Shown here one piece after another: positions 18,389 to 26,944 of a stretch of 64,000 nt of DNA. This DNA is from Bacillota bacterium (GTDB taxonomy: Bacteria > Bacillota > Sulfobacillia > JAJZYS01 > JAJYTV01). Location: NCBI GenBank assembly GCA_021793215.1, contig JAJYTE010000001.1, positions 18,329 through 82,328 on the forward strand, written 5' to 3'. Within the stretch, counting starts at the first letter, position 1. Each line of letters begins with the position of its first letter. Below the pieces are notes generated by a model. That model saw nothing but the letters and a program-made list of their open reading frames with translations. It ran no database searches and had not been told where the DNA came from. The position numbers and the translations under genes were made by a program.

Positions 18389-18616
18389 CTAGCGCGAGCG
18401 GTCCTCCGCCTCGTCCTCGATCTCCGCACGGAATCCCTCGATCGCGTCCTCCCGCTGCTCCTGCTGGCGCGCGAGGTCACGGCGCTCTTCGGGGCCCAGG
18501 CCGTGCGCCCTCAGGTAGTCGTCGGTCTCGCGCATGTTCTCCATCGTGTTCGACAGCGATTCCTGCAGGCGCTCGACGTTGTTGGAGCGGTCATCCGGCT
18601 TCGGTCGCCGCGGCAT
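18389..18616 (-). CDS. tlp: Small acid-soluble spore protein Tlp
   Basis: 75 aa, MPRRPKPDDRSNNVERLQESLSNTMENMRETDDYL..., matching the Tlp N-terminal pattern (PNPDDRSDNVEKLQ..NT.EN). SD GAGGAGTG lies 9 nt upstream. Confidence 0.75.
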   Translation of the reverse strand: MPRRPKPDDRSNNVERLQESLSNTMENMRETDDYLRAHGLGPEERRDLARQQEQREDAIEGFRAEIEDEAEDRSR

Positions 18617-18674
18617 CGGCCATCACTCCTCGGTCGTAGCCTCCCCGCGCGCGGGGCAGGCCATGACGGCGAAG

Positions 18675-19877
18675 CTACGCGACCCAGTGCGCGGTCGTGA
18701 AGAGCGCGACGAACAAGCCGCCGATCGCGATGCTGACCCACAGGAGCGGGCGGGTCCAGCCGGGCCGCCGCGAGAGCAGCACGCCGGCGGCGAGGAAGAT
18801 CGGCCACGCGGACAGCAGGAAGCGCGGGGAGGACATCAGCGGCACGCCCGAAGACGGGTAGAGGATCGGCACGACGAGCACCACCAGCGCGTAGGACCAG
18901 AGCGCCGGCCGCAGTAGCTTCACGGCGTAGACCAGAAGGACGATGCCGACGATGGCGAAGACGAGGTTCCAAACGTTTGAGACGCCGATGATCGGCTTCC
19001 CGTTCGCGAAGAGCTCGTGCCATGTGAACTGGTGCAGGTGGCCGGCGAAGGCGGACACCGACTGCCACAGGGTGACCCACGGGAGCGCGAAGTGGCGCCC
19101 CCAGTGCACCTGGGCGCTCTGGAACGCCAGAGGGCTGCCGAGGTGCGCGTAGAGGTAGATCATGTACGCCAGCAGGCCGAGCGGCACGAGGAGGAGCGAG
19201 AGCCACTCGCGCCAAGGTCGGCGCTCCTGCCAGAGCGTGATCAGGATCGGCAGGCCGAGCAGCAGGCCGTCGACCGACGCCGCGGAGGCGATGCCCGCCA
19301 CCAGCGCCGCCCACGCGTAGCGCCGCAGTGACAGCAGGTAGAGGGCGCCAACCGAAAGCGCAAGCACCAGCGCCTCGGGGTAGACGGCGTTGAAGTAGAA
19401 GCTGCTCGGGAAGAATACGAGCACCAGGGCGGCGTACCAAGCAGCCTCATGTCCAAGTTCGCGGCGGGCGAGCAGGAAGAAGAGCCAGGCACCGACGCCG
19501 AAGCAGAGCAGCGACAGAAGGACACCGGAGAGCGCTGTGCTTCCGAGAAGGTGCAATAGCGCGGGGTAGAGAGGGAAGAACGCCGTGGAGACGGAGCGCC
19601 CGGCGTAGCCGAGCGTGGCGATCGAGAGGTACCAGTATCCGTCCCAGTGCGCCCAGACGCCGAGCAGGCTCTGCGTCCAGTAGCCGGCCGCCGGCGGGAG
19701 GTAGCCCGGCACGCTCTGCACCCAGGCGTGCTGCAGGAAGCGGAACGCGAGCGCCCCGGCCTCGAAGATCAGCACGCGCGACAAGGCGACGATACCGACC
19801 AGCACGGCGATCGGGGACACGCGCGCGGTCGCGCCCTCGGCGCTCGGCGGCTCGTGGGATGAGACGGCGCGGTTCAA
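18675..19877 (-). CDS. Integral-membrane glycosyltransferase-like protein (GT-C / mannosyltransferase-PIG-V/DUF2029-like)
   Basis: 400 aa with at least 10 TM helices and aromatic-rich loops (WDGYWYLSIATLGYAGRSVSTAFFPLYPALL). Overlaps the upstream gene by 4 nt, suggesting an operon. Confidence 0.5.
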   Translation of the reverse strand: MNRAVSSHEPPSAEGATARVSPIAVLVGIVALSRVLIFEAGALAFRFLQHAWVQSVPGYLPPAAGYWTQSLLGVWAHWDGYWYLSIATLGYAGRSVSTAFFPLYPALLHLLGSTALSGVLLSLLCFGVGAWLFFLLARRELGHEAAWYAALVLVFFPSSFYFNAVYPEALVLALSVGALYLLSLRRYAWAALVAGIASAASVDGLLLGLPILITLWQERRPWREWLSLLLVPLGLLAYMIYLYAHLGSPLAFQSAQVHWGRHFALPWVTLWQSVSAFAGHLHQFTWHELFANGKPIIGVSNVWNLVFAIVGIVLLVYAVKLLRPALWSYALVVLVVPILYPSSGVPLMSSPRFLLSAWPIFLAAGVLLSRRPGWTRPLLWVSIAIGGLFVALFTTAHWVA

Positions 19878-20692
19878 CGCTTCACCTGTTTCTCTCGTAG
19901 GGATGCCGGCAGAGAGCGCAGGTCCATCGGGACGACGTGTTCATCGTTGATATACGTTACCACAACGAACATCTGGTACGGCCCGAGGTCGGAGTTCGTC
20001 GCCAGGAGCACCTTCGCCACCAGCAGCCTATTCGCGTTGCCGGTGATGTCCGGAAGGTACTGGATCAGGTCCTGCACGACGGCCACGGCGGCCTTCGGCC
20101 GTGCCATGGCGCCCGGCCAGCCGAGGTCCGCGAGCGCCTGGTCGGGCGTCAGCTCGGGAGGCCAGCCCGGTGCCTCCTGCGCAAGGGTCGTCACGATGTC
20201 GCTGACCATTCCCGCGTCCAGCACGAGGTAGCCCGTGAGCTTCACCCGCATCTCCGCCGAGACATCCTGGGCGATCGTCTGCGCGCTCGCGGTCGGCGCG
20301 ACCTCGGCGAGCGTGCCCTCGGGCGTGTTGAGGGTACCCGGAACGGGGACCATGCCGATCGTCCGCTGCTGCGGATTGATCACGGCGATGAATGCCGCGA
20401 GGCCGGGCCCGACGGGATCCTGCGGCGTCCCGCGAACCGCGAAGAGCACCGCCTGCGGCTTCGCGATCGTAGGATCCGTGCGCTTCGGCGCACTTCCCGA
20501 GCGGACCACCACCGCTGCGCCGATGACGGCAAGGGCGGCAAGGGAAAGCACCAAGCGTCGGCTGACCGTCGCGGGGGTCAGTCGGCCGCGGGGGTTCGAT
20601 CCGAGTTCCTTGCGCGCCACGCTGAGACACCACATCCTCATGTCAGAAGGCCGCGCCGCTCCGCTTGAGCAGAGTTGATACGGCGATGCCAC
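19874..20692 (-). CDS. Membrane-anchored extracytoplasmic protein, weak LytR-CpsA-Psr (LCP)-like pattern
   Basis: GTG start with SD GGAGAAG. N-terminal tail, a single TM (LVLSLAALAVIGAAVVV), then ...AVLFAVRG...FIAVINPQQRTIGMVPVPGTL..., resembling the LCP ...INP....VSIPRDT region but lacking the conserved RD. Confidence 0.4.
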   Translation of the reverse strand: MASPYQLCSSGAARPSDMRMWCLSVARKELGSNPRGRLTPATVSRRLVLSLAALAVIGAAVVVRSGSAPKRTDPTIAKPQAVLFAVRGTPQDPVGPGLAAFIAVINPQQRTIGMVPVPGTLNTPEGTLAEVAPTASAQTIAQDVSAEMRVKLTGYLVLDAGMVSDIVTTLAQEAPGWPPELTPDQALADLGWPGAMARPKAAVAVVQDLIQYLPDITGNANRLLVAKVLLATNSDLGPYQMFVVVTYINDEHVVPMDLRSLPASLREKQVKR

Positions 20693-20802
20693 GGCAAGTA
20701 CTTCTCCGGCCCGCAGACACTTCCTGGGCCTGGTTGACGAGGGGAAGATGAGAGAACGCCGTCGCGGTCATAAACGCCCTTGTCGCGAGGGATCCTCTGA
20801 CC

Positions 20803-21936
20803 ATGAAGCGACGACTGGCTCTCATTCTATCGCTCCTGGCCTTCATCGTCCCTTCCTGGCCCGCGGCCCAGTCCGCTACCCCACTAACGGCGCCCGAGCA
20901 GGAGGTGAAGGACGCGCTGCACGGACTCTTGCAGCGTCAGGACGCCGCGGCGCTCGGAGCGGACGAGAGGAGTCTGCCACCGATCTACACGCGCCAGGGC
21001 AGCGGGGATGCCCACCGCCACATGCTGGCGCGAAAGGGGTTCCTGCGCGCGTGGCAGTCCGCGCGCCGCTTGAAGATCGAGGGAGCCCGCGTGGACCTGC
21101 GCACGCCCGGCGTGAAGTTCCATGGAGCGGACGAAGTTCGCATCTCCGCCGTTGTCTCGGAAGAATTCCAGTACAAGGAAGCCGGCGTCGACGGAGTCCC
21201 GGAGGCGTTCGGCGTCGGTACGCGGCGGTGGTATGTGCTGCGCCGGGAGGACGGGCACTGGCGGATCCGCGCGGAGGAGTACACCGACCCGCTCGACCAG
21301 GACACGCGGATCCCCGGGGAGGTGCTCCCGGAGACTGGCGCCAGGCCCGCGCTCAGCGCGCCGGTACAGCCCTCGCCGCGACCCACTGCCGCGCCGGCCG
21401 TCGAGTACGCGGACGCCTACTGCGGCGCCGCGACCGGCTGCGGCAACGGAGGTCACTACAACCCGCGCTACAACGACTTCAACGGCGAGGGCGGCGACTG
21501 CACGAACTTTATCTCCCAGAGCCTGCGCGCGGGAGGCTTTCGACCCTCGGGCGAATGGGCCTGGCACGCTGCGAAGAGCGACGGCACGCGAGCCTGGTCG
21601 AACGCCGAGGGGCTCTACTACTACCTCACCGGAAGCGGCCGCGGCCATCTCGTCGCCAGCGGAACATACTCCGCCTTGGCGCGGGCGGATGATGTCCACG
21701 CGTCGCCGATCTCACGGGTGAGACCTGGGGACGTGATCGCCTACCGCGAGCGAGGGAAAATCGTCCACCTCGCGATCGCCACCGCGCGGAGCGCGGGCGG
21801 CTACCTGCTCGTGAACTCGCACACCGCCGATCGGTACCACGTGCCGTGGGACATCGGCTGGGACCGGAGCACGCGCTTCCTGCTGGTTCACCTGAACTAC
21901 CCCGGCGAGCGGCGCACCGCGGTCACTCCCGGCTGA
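20803..21936 (+). CDS. Secreted protein with C-terminal 'putative amidase domain' (Amidase_6-like)
   Basis: Signal peptide MKRRLALILSLLAFIVPSWPAAQSA. C-terminal ...YCGAATGCGNGGHYNPRYNDFNGEGGDCTNFISQSLRAGG...VHLAIAT.... Its 3' end overlaps codA by 14 nt, convergently. Confidence 0.55.
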   Translation: MKRRLALILSLLAFIVPSWPAAQSATPLTAPEQEVKDALHGLLQRQDAAALGADERSLPPIYTRQGSGDAHRHMLARKGFLRAWQSARRLKIEGARVDLRTPGVKFHGADEVRISAVVSEEFQYKEAGVDGVPEAFGVGTRRWYVLRREDGHWRIRAEEYTDPLDQDTRIPGEVLPETGARPALSAPVQPSPRPTAAPAVEYADAYCGAATGCGNGGHYNPRYNDFNGEGGDCTNFISQSLRAGGFRPSGEWAWHAAKSDGTRAWSNAEGLYYYLTGSGRGHLVASGTYSALARADDVHASPISRVRPGDVIAYRERGKIVHLAIATARSAGGYLLVNSHTADRYHVPWDIGWDRSTRFLLVHLNYPGERRTAVTPG

Positions 21937-23182
21937 ACGAGACCGCTTCGCCGAGCAGGGTCGTGCGCGCCGCGGTCGTCTCGGCGACCACTCGCCCGCC
22001 CTTGACGACGAGCGTCGTCGCCGCGAGACGTCGGATCGCGTCCCACTTGTCCTCGGCGTCCACGATGATGAAGTCCGCAGGCTGCCCGACGGCGAGACCG
22101 TAGCGCTCCTCGATGCCCAACGTGCGCGCGGCGTTGGTCGTCACCATGTCGTAGCACGCCATCACCTCGGACCGCCCGGTCATCTGGCAGGCGTGCACGG
22201 CCATGTGCGCCGGTTGCAGCATGTTCCCGGTGCCGAGCGAGTACCAGGGGTCCATGACGTCGTCGTAGCCCAGGCTGACGTTCAGCCCGTTCTGCCACAG
22301 CTCCTTGACGCGCGTCAGTCCGCGCCGCTTCGGGTAGGTGTCCATGCGCCCCTGGAGCGTGATGTTCACCAGTGGGTTCGCGACGAAGTTGATCTGGGCG
22401 CGGCGCAGAAAGCCCATCAGCTTGAAGGCGTAGGCGTCGTCGTAGCTGCCGAAGGCGGTCGTGTGGCTGGCGGTGACGCGGCTTCCAAGGCCCTGACGGA
22501 TCGCCTCGGCGGCCATCTCCTCGAGGAAGCGGGACTGGGGGTCGTCCGTCTCGTCGCAGTGGGCGTCGATCGGTCGGTCGTACTGCGCGGCAAGCCGGAA
22601 CGCGACCTTCACCGACTCCGCGCCGAGGTCTCGGGTGAGCTCGTAGTGCGGGATGGCGCCGACGACGTCGACGCCCATGCGCAGCGCTTCCTCCAGAAGC
22701 TCCACGCCGTTCGGGTACGAGAGGAGTCCCTCCTGCGGGAACGCGACCAGCTGGACGTCCACGAGGTCCTTGAGCGTTTCCCGCACTTCAAGGAGGGCTT
22801 TCACGGCCGTGAGGTTCGGGTCCGTGGTGTCGACGTGCGAGCGAACGTGCAGGACGCCCTGCGCCGCGTGCCAACGGAGCAGGCGCGTCGCGCGCCGCAT
22901 CACGTCCTCACGCGTGAGGCTGGCCTTGCGAAGCGCCCAGGTCTCGATTCCCTCGAACAGCGTCCCGCTCTCGTTCCACTTCGGCTCGCCGGCCGTCAGG
23001 GTCGTGTCGAGGTGGATATGGGATTCGATGAACGGTGCGGAGGCCATGCGGCCCTCCGCCGACACCTCCCTGGCGCCAGCCTCGGGGATTTCGGGTGCGA
23101 TGGCCGCGATCCGGCCGCCCTGCACCCCGATGTCGCAACGCTCGTCCGCAATCCGCGCTCGCCGCACGATCAGGTCGTACAT
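21923..23182 (-). CDS. codA: Cytosine deaminase
   Basis: Start at MYDLIVRRARIADER with SD GGAGGCG. Near-collinear match to the CodA pattern: HIHLDTT...KWNESGTLFEGIE...VRSHVDTTDP...VAFPQEGLLSYPNG...DAHCDETDD...VTASHTTA...YPKRRGLTRVKEL...GYDDVMDPWY.... The track ORF to 23578 is an N-terminal extension. Confidence 0.85.
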   Translation of the reverse strand: MYDLIVRRARIADERCDIGVQGGRIAAIAPEIPEAGAREVSAEGRMASAPFIESHIHLDTTLTAGEPKWNESGTLFEGIETWALRKASLTREDVMRRATRLLRWHAAQGVLHVRSHVDTTDPNLTAVKALLEVRETLKDLVDVQLVAFPQEGLLSYPNGVELLEEALRMGVDVVGAIPHYELTRDLGAESVKVAFRLAAQYDRPIDAHCDETDDPQSRFLEEMAAEAIRQGLGSRVTASHTTAFGSYDDAYAFKLMGFLRRAQINFVANPLVNITLQGRMDTYPKRRGLTRVKELWQNGLNVSLGYDDVMDPWYSLGTGNMLQPAHMAVHACQMTGRSEVMACYDMVTTNAARTLGIEERYGLAVGQPADFIIVDAEDKWDAIRRLAATTLVVKGGRVVAETTAARTTLLGEAVSFSRE

Positions 23183-23283
23183 GCTCGGACGCCTCCGTTC
23201 GCTCTGCCGCCGAGAACTTCTCGCAGCGAGGGAGACAATCCTACCTGCATGGCGCCTACCGTCGGATCGCGTCGAAGCGCGCC

Positions 23284-23309
23284 GGGAGGACCGGCGTGCC
23301 GGTCCTCCC
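23284..23309. terminator. 12-bp-stem GC hairpin (GGGAGGACCGGC-GT-GCCGGTCCTCCC) between the TM2 gene and codA
   Basis: Perfect stem; on the minus strand it follows the TM2-gene stop at 23317. There is no U-run. Confidence 0.4.
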
Positions 23310-23316
23310 ACGGTCC

Positions 23317-23631
23317 CTAAAACCGATTGGAACCCGTGTTCGGCGGGTCGGACACCCCGCCGTTCTGCGGGAAGGGAGTGCCGTTCGCCTGGCGCACGAG
23401 GCCCGGGATCAAGAGGGCGTCCAAAAGCCACCACAGGCCGACCGCGATCAGCATGGCGAAGCCGATGAGGACGCCGGTCGTGGCGTAGCCGACGACGGTC
23501 AGGATGAGCATCAGGGCACCGGAACCGAAGCGGCGCAGGTAGAAGCGGTGGATGCCGAACCCGCCGAGCAGAAGCCATAGTACGTACGCCAGCAGCGTGC
23601 TCTTCGGCGGCGACGCGTGCCGATGGGACAT
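23317..23631 (-). CDS. TM2 domain-containing membrane protein
   Basis: 104 aa, MSHRHASPPKSTLLAYVLWLLLGGFGIHRFYLRRFGSGALMLILTVVGYATTGVLIGF..., the TM2 (NINE-type) signature. SD GAGGTGG. Confidence 0.7.
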   Translation of the reverse strand: MSHRHASPPKSTLLAYVLWLLLGGFGIHRFYLRRFGSGALMLILTVVGYATTGVLIGFAMLIAVGLWWLLDALLIPGLVRQANGTPFPQNGGVSDPPNTGSNRF

Positions 23632-23663
23632 GAGACCACCTCTCGTTAGGCCGAGCCGCGTCG

Positions 23664-24032
23664 TCAGGTCAAATCGCGGTTTGCGGCCGGCAGTGCGGGA
23701 AGGGCACGCAGGATGCGCGCAGGGTCGATCGGCCGGGCCAACTGAAGCCACCTGCGCCACACCGCCGAGATCGGGAGTCCCTGCGGCGGCTGGGGTGGGA
23801 TGCCCCAGTGCAGGAGCGTGCGCCCGCCGTGCCCGTGGATCCGCTCCACCTGTGCGACCGACGCGAAGACGGTAACCGTCTTCCAGCGCGAGCACCACTC
23901 GAGGACTGCCTTGCCAGACGGCAGGACGACACCGACTGCGACGATGCCGGTGCCGCTCACGCCGGACGCGTCGACGATGCGATAGAGGTAGAACGGCTGG
24001 ATTCCGGATCGGGGTCTGCCCAATGCCCACAT
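23664..24032 (-). CDS. Hypothetical protein (122 aa)
   Basis: Unbiased composition (W/Y/F present) and SD GGGAGG 6 nt upstream. No family recognised from sequence alone. Confidence 0.45.
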   Translation of the reverse strand: MWALGRPRSGIQPFYLYRIVDASGVSGTGIVAVGVVLPSGKAVLEWCSRWKTVTVFASVAQVERIHGHGGRTLLHWGIPPQPPQGLPISAVWRRWLQLARPIDPARILRALPALPAANRDLT

Positions 24033-24123
24033 GTCGTTGCCTCCCGCCTGCGTGATCGCCTGCTTTAGACTACGCGGCGCGGATGGGCGGTGTCCCGATG
24101 CGGCTAAGTGGGCCCTTGCGCGA

Positions 24124-24148
24124 AGAGGCCGCGCCAGCGGCGCGGCCT
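24124..24148. terminator. 11-bp-stem hairpin GAGGCCGCGCC-AGC-GGCGCGGCCTC downstream of the LTXXQ gene
   Basis: Perfect stem with a 3-nt loop, 17 nt after the minus-strand stop at 24165. Confidence 0.4.
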
Positions 24149-24164
24149 CTCGCAGGGTGCGTCT

Positions 24165-24797
24165 TCAGTTGGCTGCGGGCGGGTTCGTCGCCGCGCCAGC
24201 GTGGCCGGTTCGGGTCACCAGCTGCTGCACGAGCTGCGGGAGTTTGGCCCCGCGGGTCTGCGCCTGTTGCTGCGTCAGGCGCCCGGCAGTCACTGCCTCG
24301 TGCAGGGAGCTCTCGAGGGCTGAGGTGATCGCCGCCTCGAGGCCCTGCACGGTCTTGCCGGACGTCGCCGCGGCGACGTCCGAGAGGGACTTGCCGCCGC
24401 GCAGGTCCGAGCGCAACTGCTGCGGTGTCACACCGAGGTACGTCGCCGCGGCCGAAACCGCTGCGCGACTGCCCGGACGCATGCGGAAGCCCAAGCCAAG
24501 CCGACCGAAGCCAGGGCCGAGCTTGCCGGAGTTGATCCGGGCCTCGATCTTCGTCGCCTGGGCGGACGTGAGCTTGCCGGACTTCACGGCCTGCTGCACT
24601 CGGTCGACTTCCGCCTGCTGCAAGGCGCCTTGCAGGGTGCTCGTCGAGATGCCGAGATGGCTCGCCACATCGGCGATGAACGCCGTACCGGGCGAGGTGC
24701 CGCTCGACGAACCAGATGCGGCGAAGGCCGCCGCGCCGCCTCCGAGCAGCAGCGGCAGCGCGATCAGCGCGCCCACCACGAGATGTCTCTTGCGCAT
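24165..24797 (-). CDS. Secreted LTXXQ-motif protein (CpxP/Spy-like periplasmic stress protein family)
   Basis: Signal peptide MRKRHLVVGALIALPLLLGGGAAAFA. Two internal repeats carrying LTSAQATKIEARI and LTQQQAQTRGAKL (LTXXQ motifs). Lies immediately downstream of the two-component pair. Confidence 0.5.
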   Translation of the reverse strand: MRKRHLVVGALIALPLLLGGGAAAFAASGSSSGTSPGTAFIADVASHLGISTSTLQGALQQAEVDRVQQAVKSGKLTSAQATKIEARINSGKLGPGFGRLGLGFRMRPGSRAAVSAAATYLGVTPQQLRSDLRGGKSLSDVAAATSGKTVQGLEAAITSALESSLHEAVTAGRLTQQQAQTRGAKLPQLVQQLVTRTGHAGAATNPPAAN

Positions 24798-24890
24798 TCT
24801 CGGGATGCCTCCTTCCGATCGGATTGCCTCCGATCGTCTGGAGTATCGCCGCGAAGGCTTGGAGCAGCCTTCAGCGACCCTTAAGTCCTT

Positions 24891-26144
24891 CTAAGCTTCC
24901 GGCGCGGCGAGTGGCCAGCGGGCGCGAACCTCGGTACCACCGCCGGGCGTGCTCTCGAGCTCGACGCGGCCCCCGCGTGACTCGACGAGCACCCTGACGA
25001 GCGAGAGTCCGAGTCCGAGTCCTTGGCTCTTCGGCCCGCGGTAGAAACGATCGAACACGTGTTCGCGGTGCTCGGAATCGATGCCGGCGCCGAAATCCTT
25101 GACGCTCGCCCAGCCGAAGCCATCCACCGCGCCCGCCGAGAGCACGACGCTCGTGCCCTCGGGGTTATGGCGCTCTGCGTTGTCGACGAGCAGCGAGAGC
25201 ACCTGGAATACCTCCTGCGGCGGTGCGGCAACCTGCAGCGCTTCGGGCGTCGCGCCGAGTTCGTGCGAGCGCGCGGCGCGGCGCACTGCCTGGACGAGGT
25301 CGGCCTGCGTCGATCCGCCCTCGCTGTCCTGCGCGAGGCGCGCCGCCATGCGCTGCGCTTCGCGGCGCGCCAGCGTCGCCGCCTCCGCCCCCCCCGCCGC
25401 GTCGAGCTGCCCACCCTCGATCAGCTCGAGGGCACCGAGCACCGTCGAGAGCGGGGTGCGCAAGTCGTGCAGCGTTCCTTCGCGCAGGGCGCGCTCGCGC
25501 GCTTCGGCCGCCTCCATCGCGCGGAACGTGCTGCGCAGGGTGGATAGCATGTGCGCCAACGCCGTGCCGAGTTCATGGATCTCCTGAATCTGCGCCTCCT
25601 GCGGCAAGTCCTCCTCAAGGTCTCCCGTATCGGCGATGCGCCCGGCTGCGTGCGCGAGCAGCGTCAGCGGTCGCGCGATGCGCTGCGACAACCGCCACGC
25701 CACGAAGAGCGCCAGCGCGAGCGCGAGCAGCGTCAGCACGCTGAGGGCGTCCTCGAGCAGACGCACGGGAGCTCTGACCTGCGCGAGCGAGACGCTCGTG
25801 AAGAACGTCTGGCCGTTCGGCAGAAGCTGCGCGAAGCCAAGTGTCTTCGGGTGTGTGCTGAAGCCCAGCGGCGGTGCGCTCGCGGGTGCGCCTCCTGTCC
25901 GTGCCAGGAGCCGTCCCGACGGCGCGTAGACGGCAATCTGCTCGCTCACCGGGAGGCGCGCCGGAAGCATGCCGCGGCGCATGTAGAAGTTTGCGGTCTG
26001 CGTGGCCGATGCGTAGAGGTTCGCCGACAGGTTGCGCTCCAGCATGTAGCGCAGGAAGACGACGGCGCCGATGTCGGCGAGGAGGAGGGCCACACCGACG
26101 ACCGTGGCGATCGCCCAGCCGAGGGTCCGGCTAAGCTTGGGCAT
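24891..26144 (-). CDS. Two-component sensor histidine kinase (CpxA/CssS-like)
   Basis: Start at MPKLSRTLGWAIATVV.... Two TM segments flank an extracytoplasmic loop; then HAMP, H-box LHDLRTPLSTV, N/G boxes ...LLVDNAERHN...DFGAGID...GLGLSLV. Confidence 0.85.
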   Translation of the reverse strand: MPKLSRTLGWAIATVVGVALLLADIGAVVFLRYMLERNLSANLYASATQTANFYMRRGMLPARLPVSEQIAVYAPSGRLLARTGGAPASAPPLGFSTHPKTLGFAQLLPNGQTFFTSVSLAQVRAPVRLLEDALSVLTLLALALALFVAWRLSQRIARPLTLLAHAAGRIADTGDLEEDLPQEAQIQEIHELGTALAHMLSTLRSTFRAMEAAEARERALREGTLHDLRTPLSTVLGALELIEGGQLDAAGGAEAATLARREAQRMAARLAQDSEGGSTQADLVQAVRRAARSHELGATPEALQVAAPPQEVFQVLSLLVDNAERHNPEGTSVVLSAGAVDGFGWASVKDFGAGIDSEHREHVFDRFYRGPKSQGLGLGLSLVRVLVESRGGRVELESTPGGGTEVRARWPLAAPEA

Positions 26145-26814
26145 CGCCGGACTCTTCGTTGCGCAGCGCGTAGCCGAACCCGCGCACGGTGTGGATGACG
26201 CGCGGCCCAAACGCCTCGAGCTTTCGGCGCAAGTAGCTGACGTAGACGTCCAGGACTCCGTTCGTCACCTCCGCGTCGTAGCCCCAGACCCTATCGAGGA
26301 TCTGCTCGCGCGTTACGACGCGCCCCTGGTTGCGCAGAAAGTAGCAGAGCAGATCGTACTCGCGCCGCGTGAGGTCGAGGGGGTGGCCGCCGCGCAGCGC
26401 GAGCTGGCGCTCGAGGTGGACCTCGACATCGGCGAAGGAGAGCACGGGCAGGCGCTCCTCTCCGGTCCTGCGGGCGACGGCGCGCAGGCGCGCGACCAGC
26501 TCCTCGAAGGCGAACGGCTTCGGGATGTAGTCGTCGGCGCCCAGTTCGAAGCCGTGCACGCGATCGGACACGTCGCCGCGCGCGGTGAGCATCACCACGA
26601 GGAGCCCGCGGTCCTTCAGCCGCGGGCAGAGCGCGAAGCCGGAACCGTCGGGCAGGTTCACGTCGACGAGCGCGAGGCGGAAGGCACTGCGCTGGGAAGC
26701 CGCGATCGCATCTGCGACCGTCGTCGCGACGTCCACCTCGAACCCTTCCGCAGCTAGGCCGAGCCGCAGCGTGGCACCGAGCGACGGGTCGTCCTCCACG
26801 ACGAGCACGCGCAC
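26131..26814 (-). CDS. OmpR-family response regulator
   Basis: MRVLVVEDDPSLG...LVDVNLPDGSGF... receiver, with a C-terminal winged helix ...TRREYDLLCYFLRNQGRVVTREQILDRVWGYD.... Confidence 0.9.
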   Translation of the reverse strand: MRVLVVEDDPSLGATLRLGLAAEGFEVDVATTVADAIAASQRSAFRLALVDVNLPDGSGFALCPRLKDRGLLVVMLTARGDVSDRVHGFELGADDYIPKPFAFEELVARLRAVARRTGEERLPVLSFADVEVHLERQLALRGGHPLDLTRREYDLLCYFLRNQGRVVTREQILDRVWGYDAEVTNGVLDVYVSYLRRKLEAFGPRVIHTVRGFGYALRNEESGDAQA

Positions 26815-26944
26815 CCCAGCACCGCCTCCCGTAAATCGCTACTGCGGCAGGTTCCGGGACGGGCCCGCGACTTCCTGCTGCTACCTGCAAAGGATTCCCG
26901 CGCTGCGCGGCGCTACGCCCCGCGCTGAAGTCGCGCGGATCGCA

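Noticed and set aside
23183-23578. N-terminal extensions of several track ORFs (codA to 23578, methyltransferase to 34914, membrane protein to 31317, etfA from 8207, fadD from 10347, glpK to 55158, panB to 62469)
   Set aside because: In each case the homology and an SD-preceded start begin well inside the ORF. The extensions are Arg-rich read-through of upstream genes or of the opposite strand.
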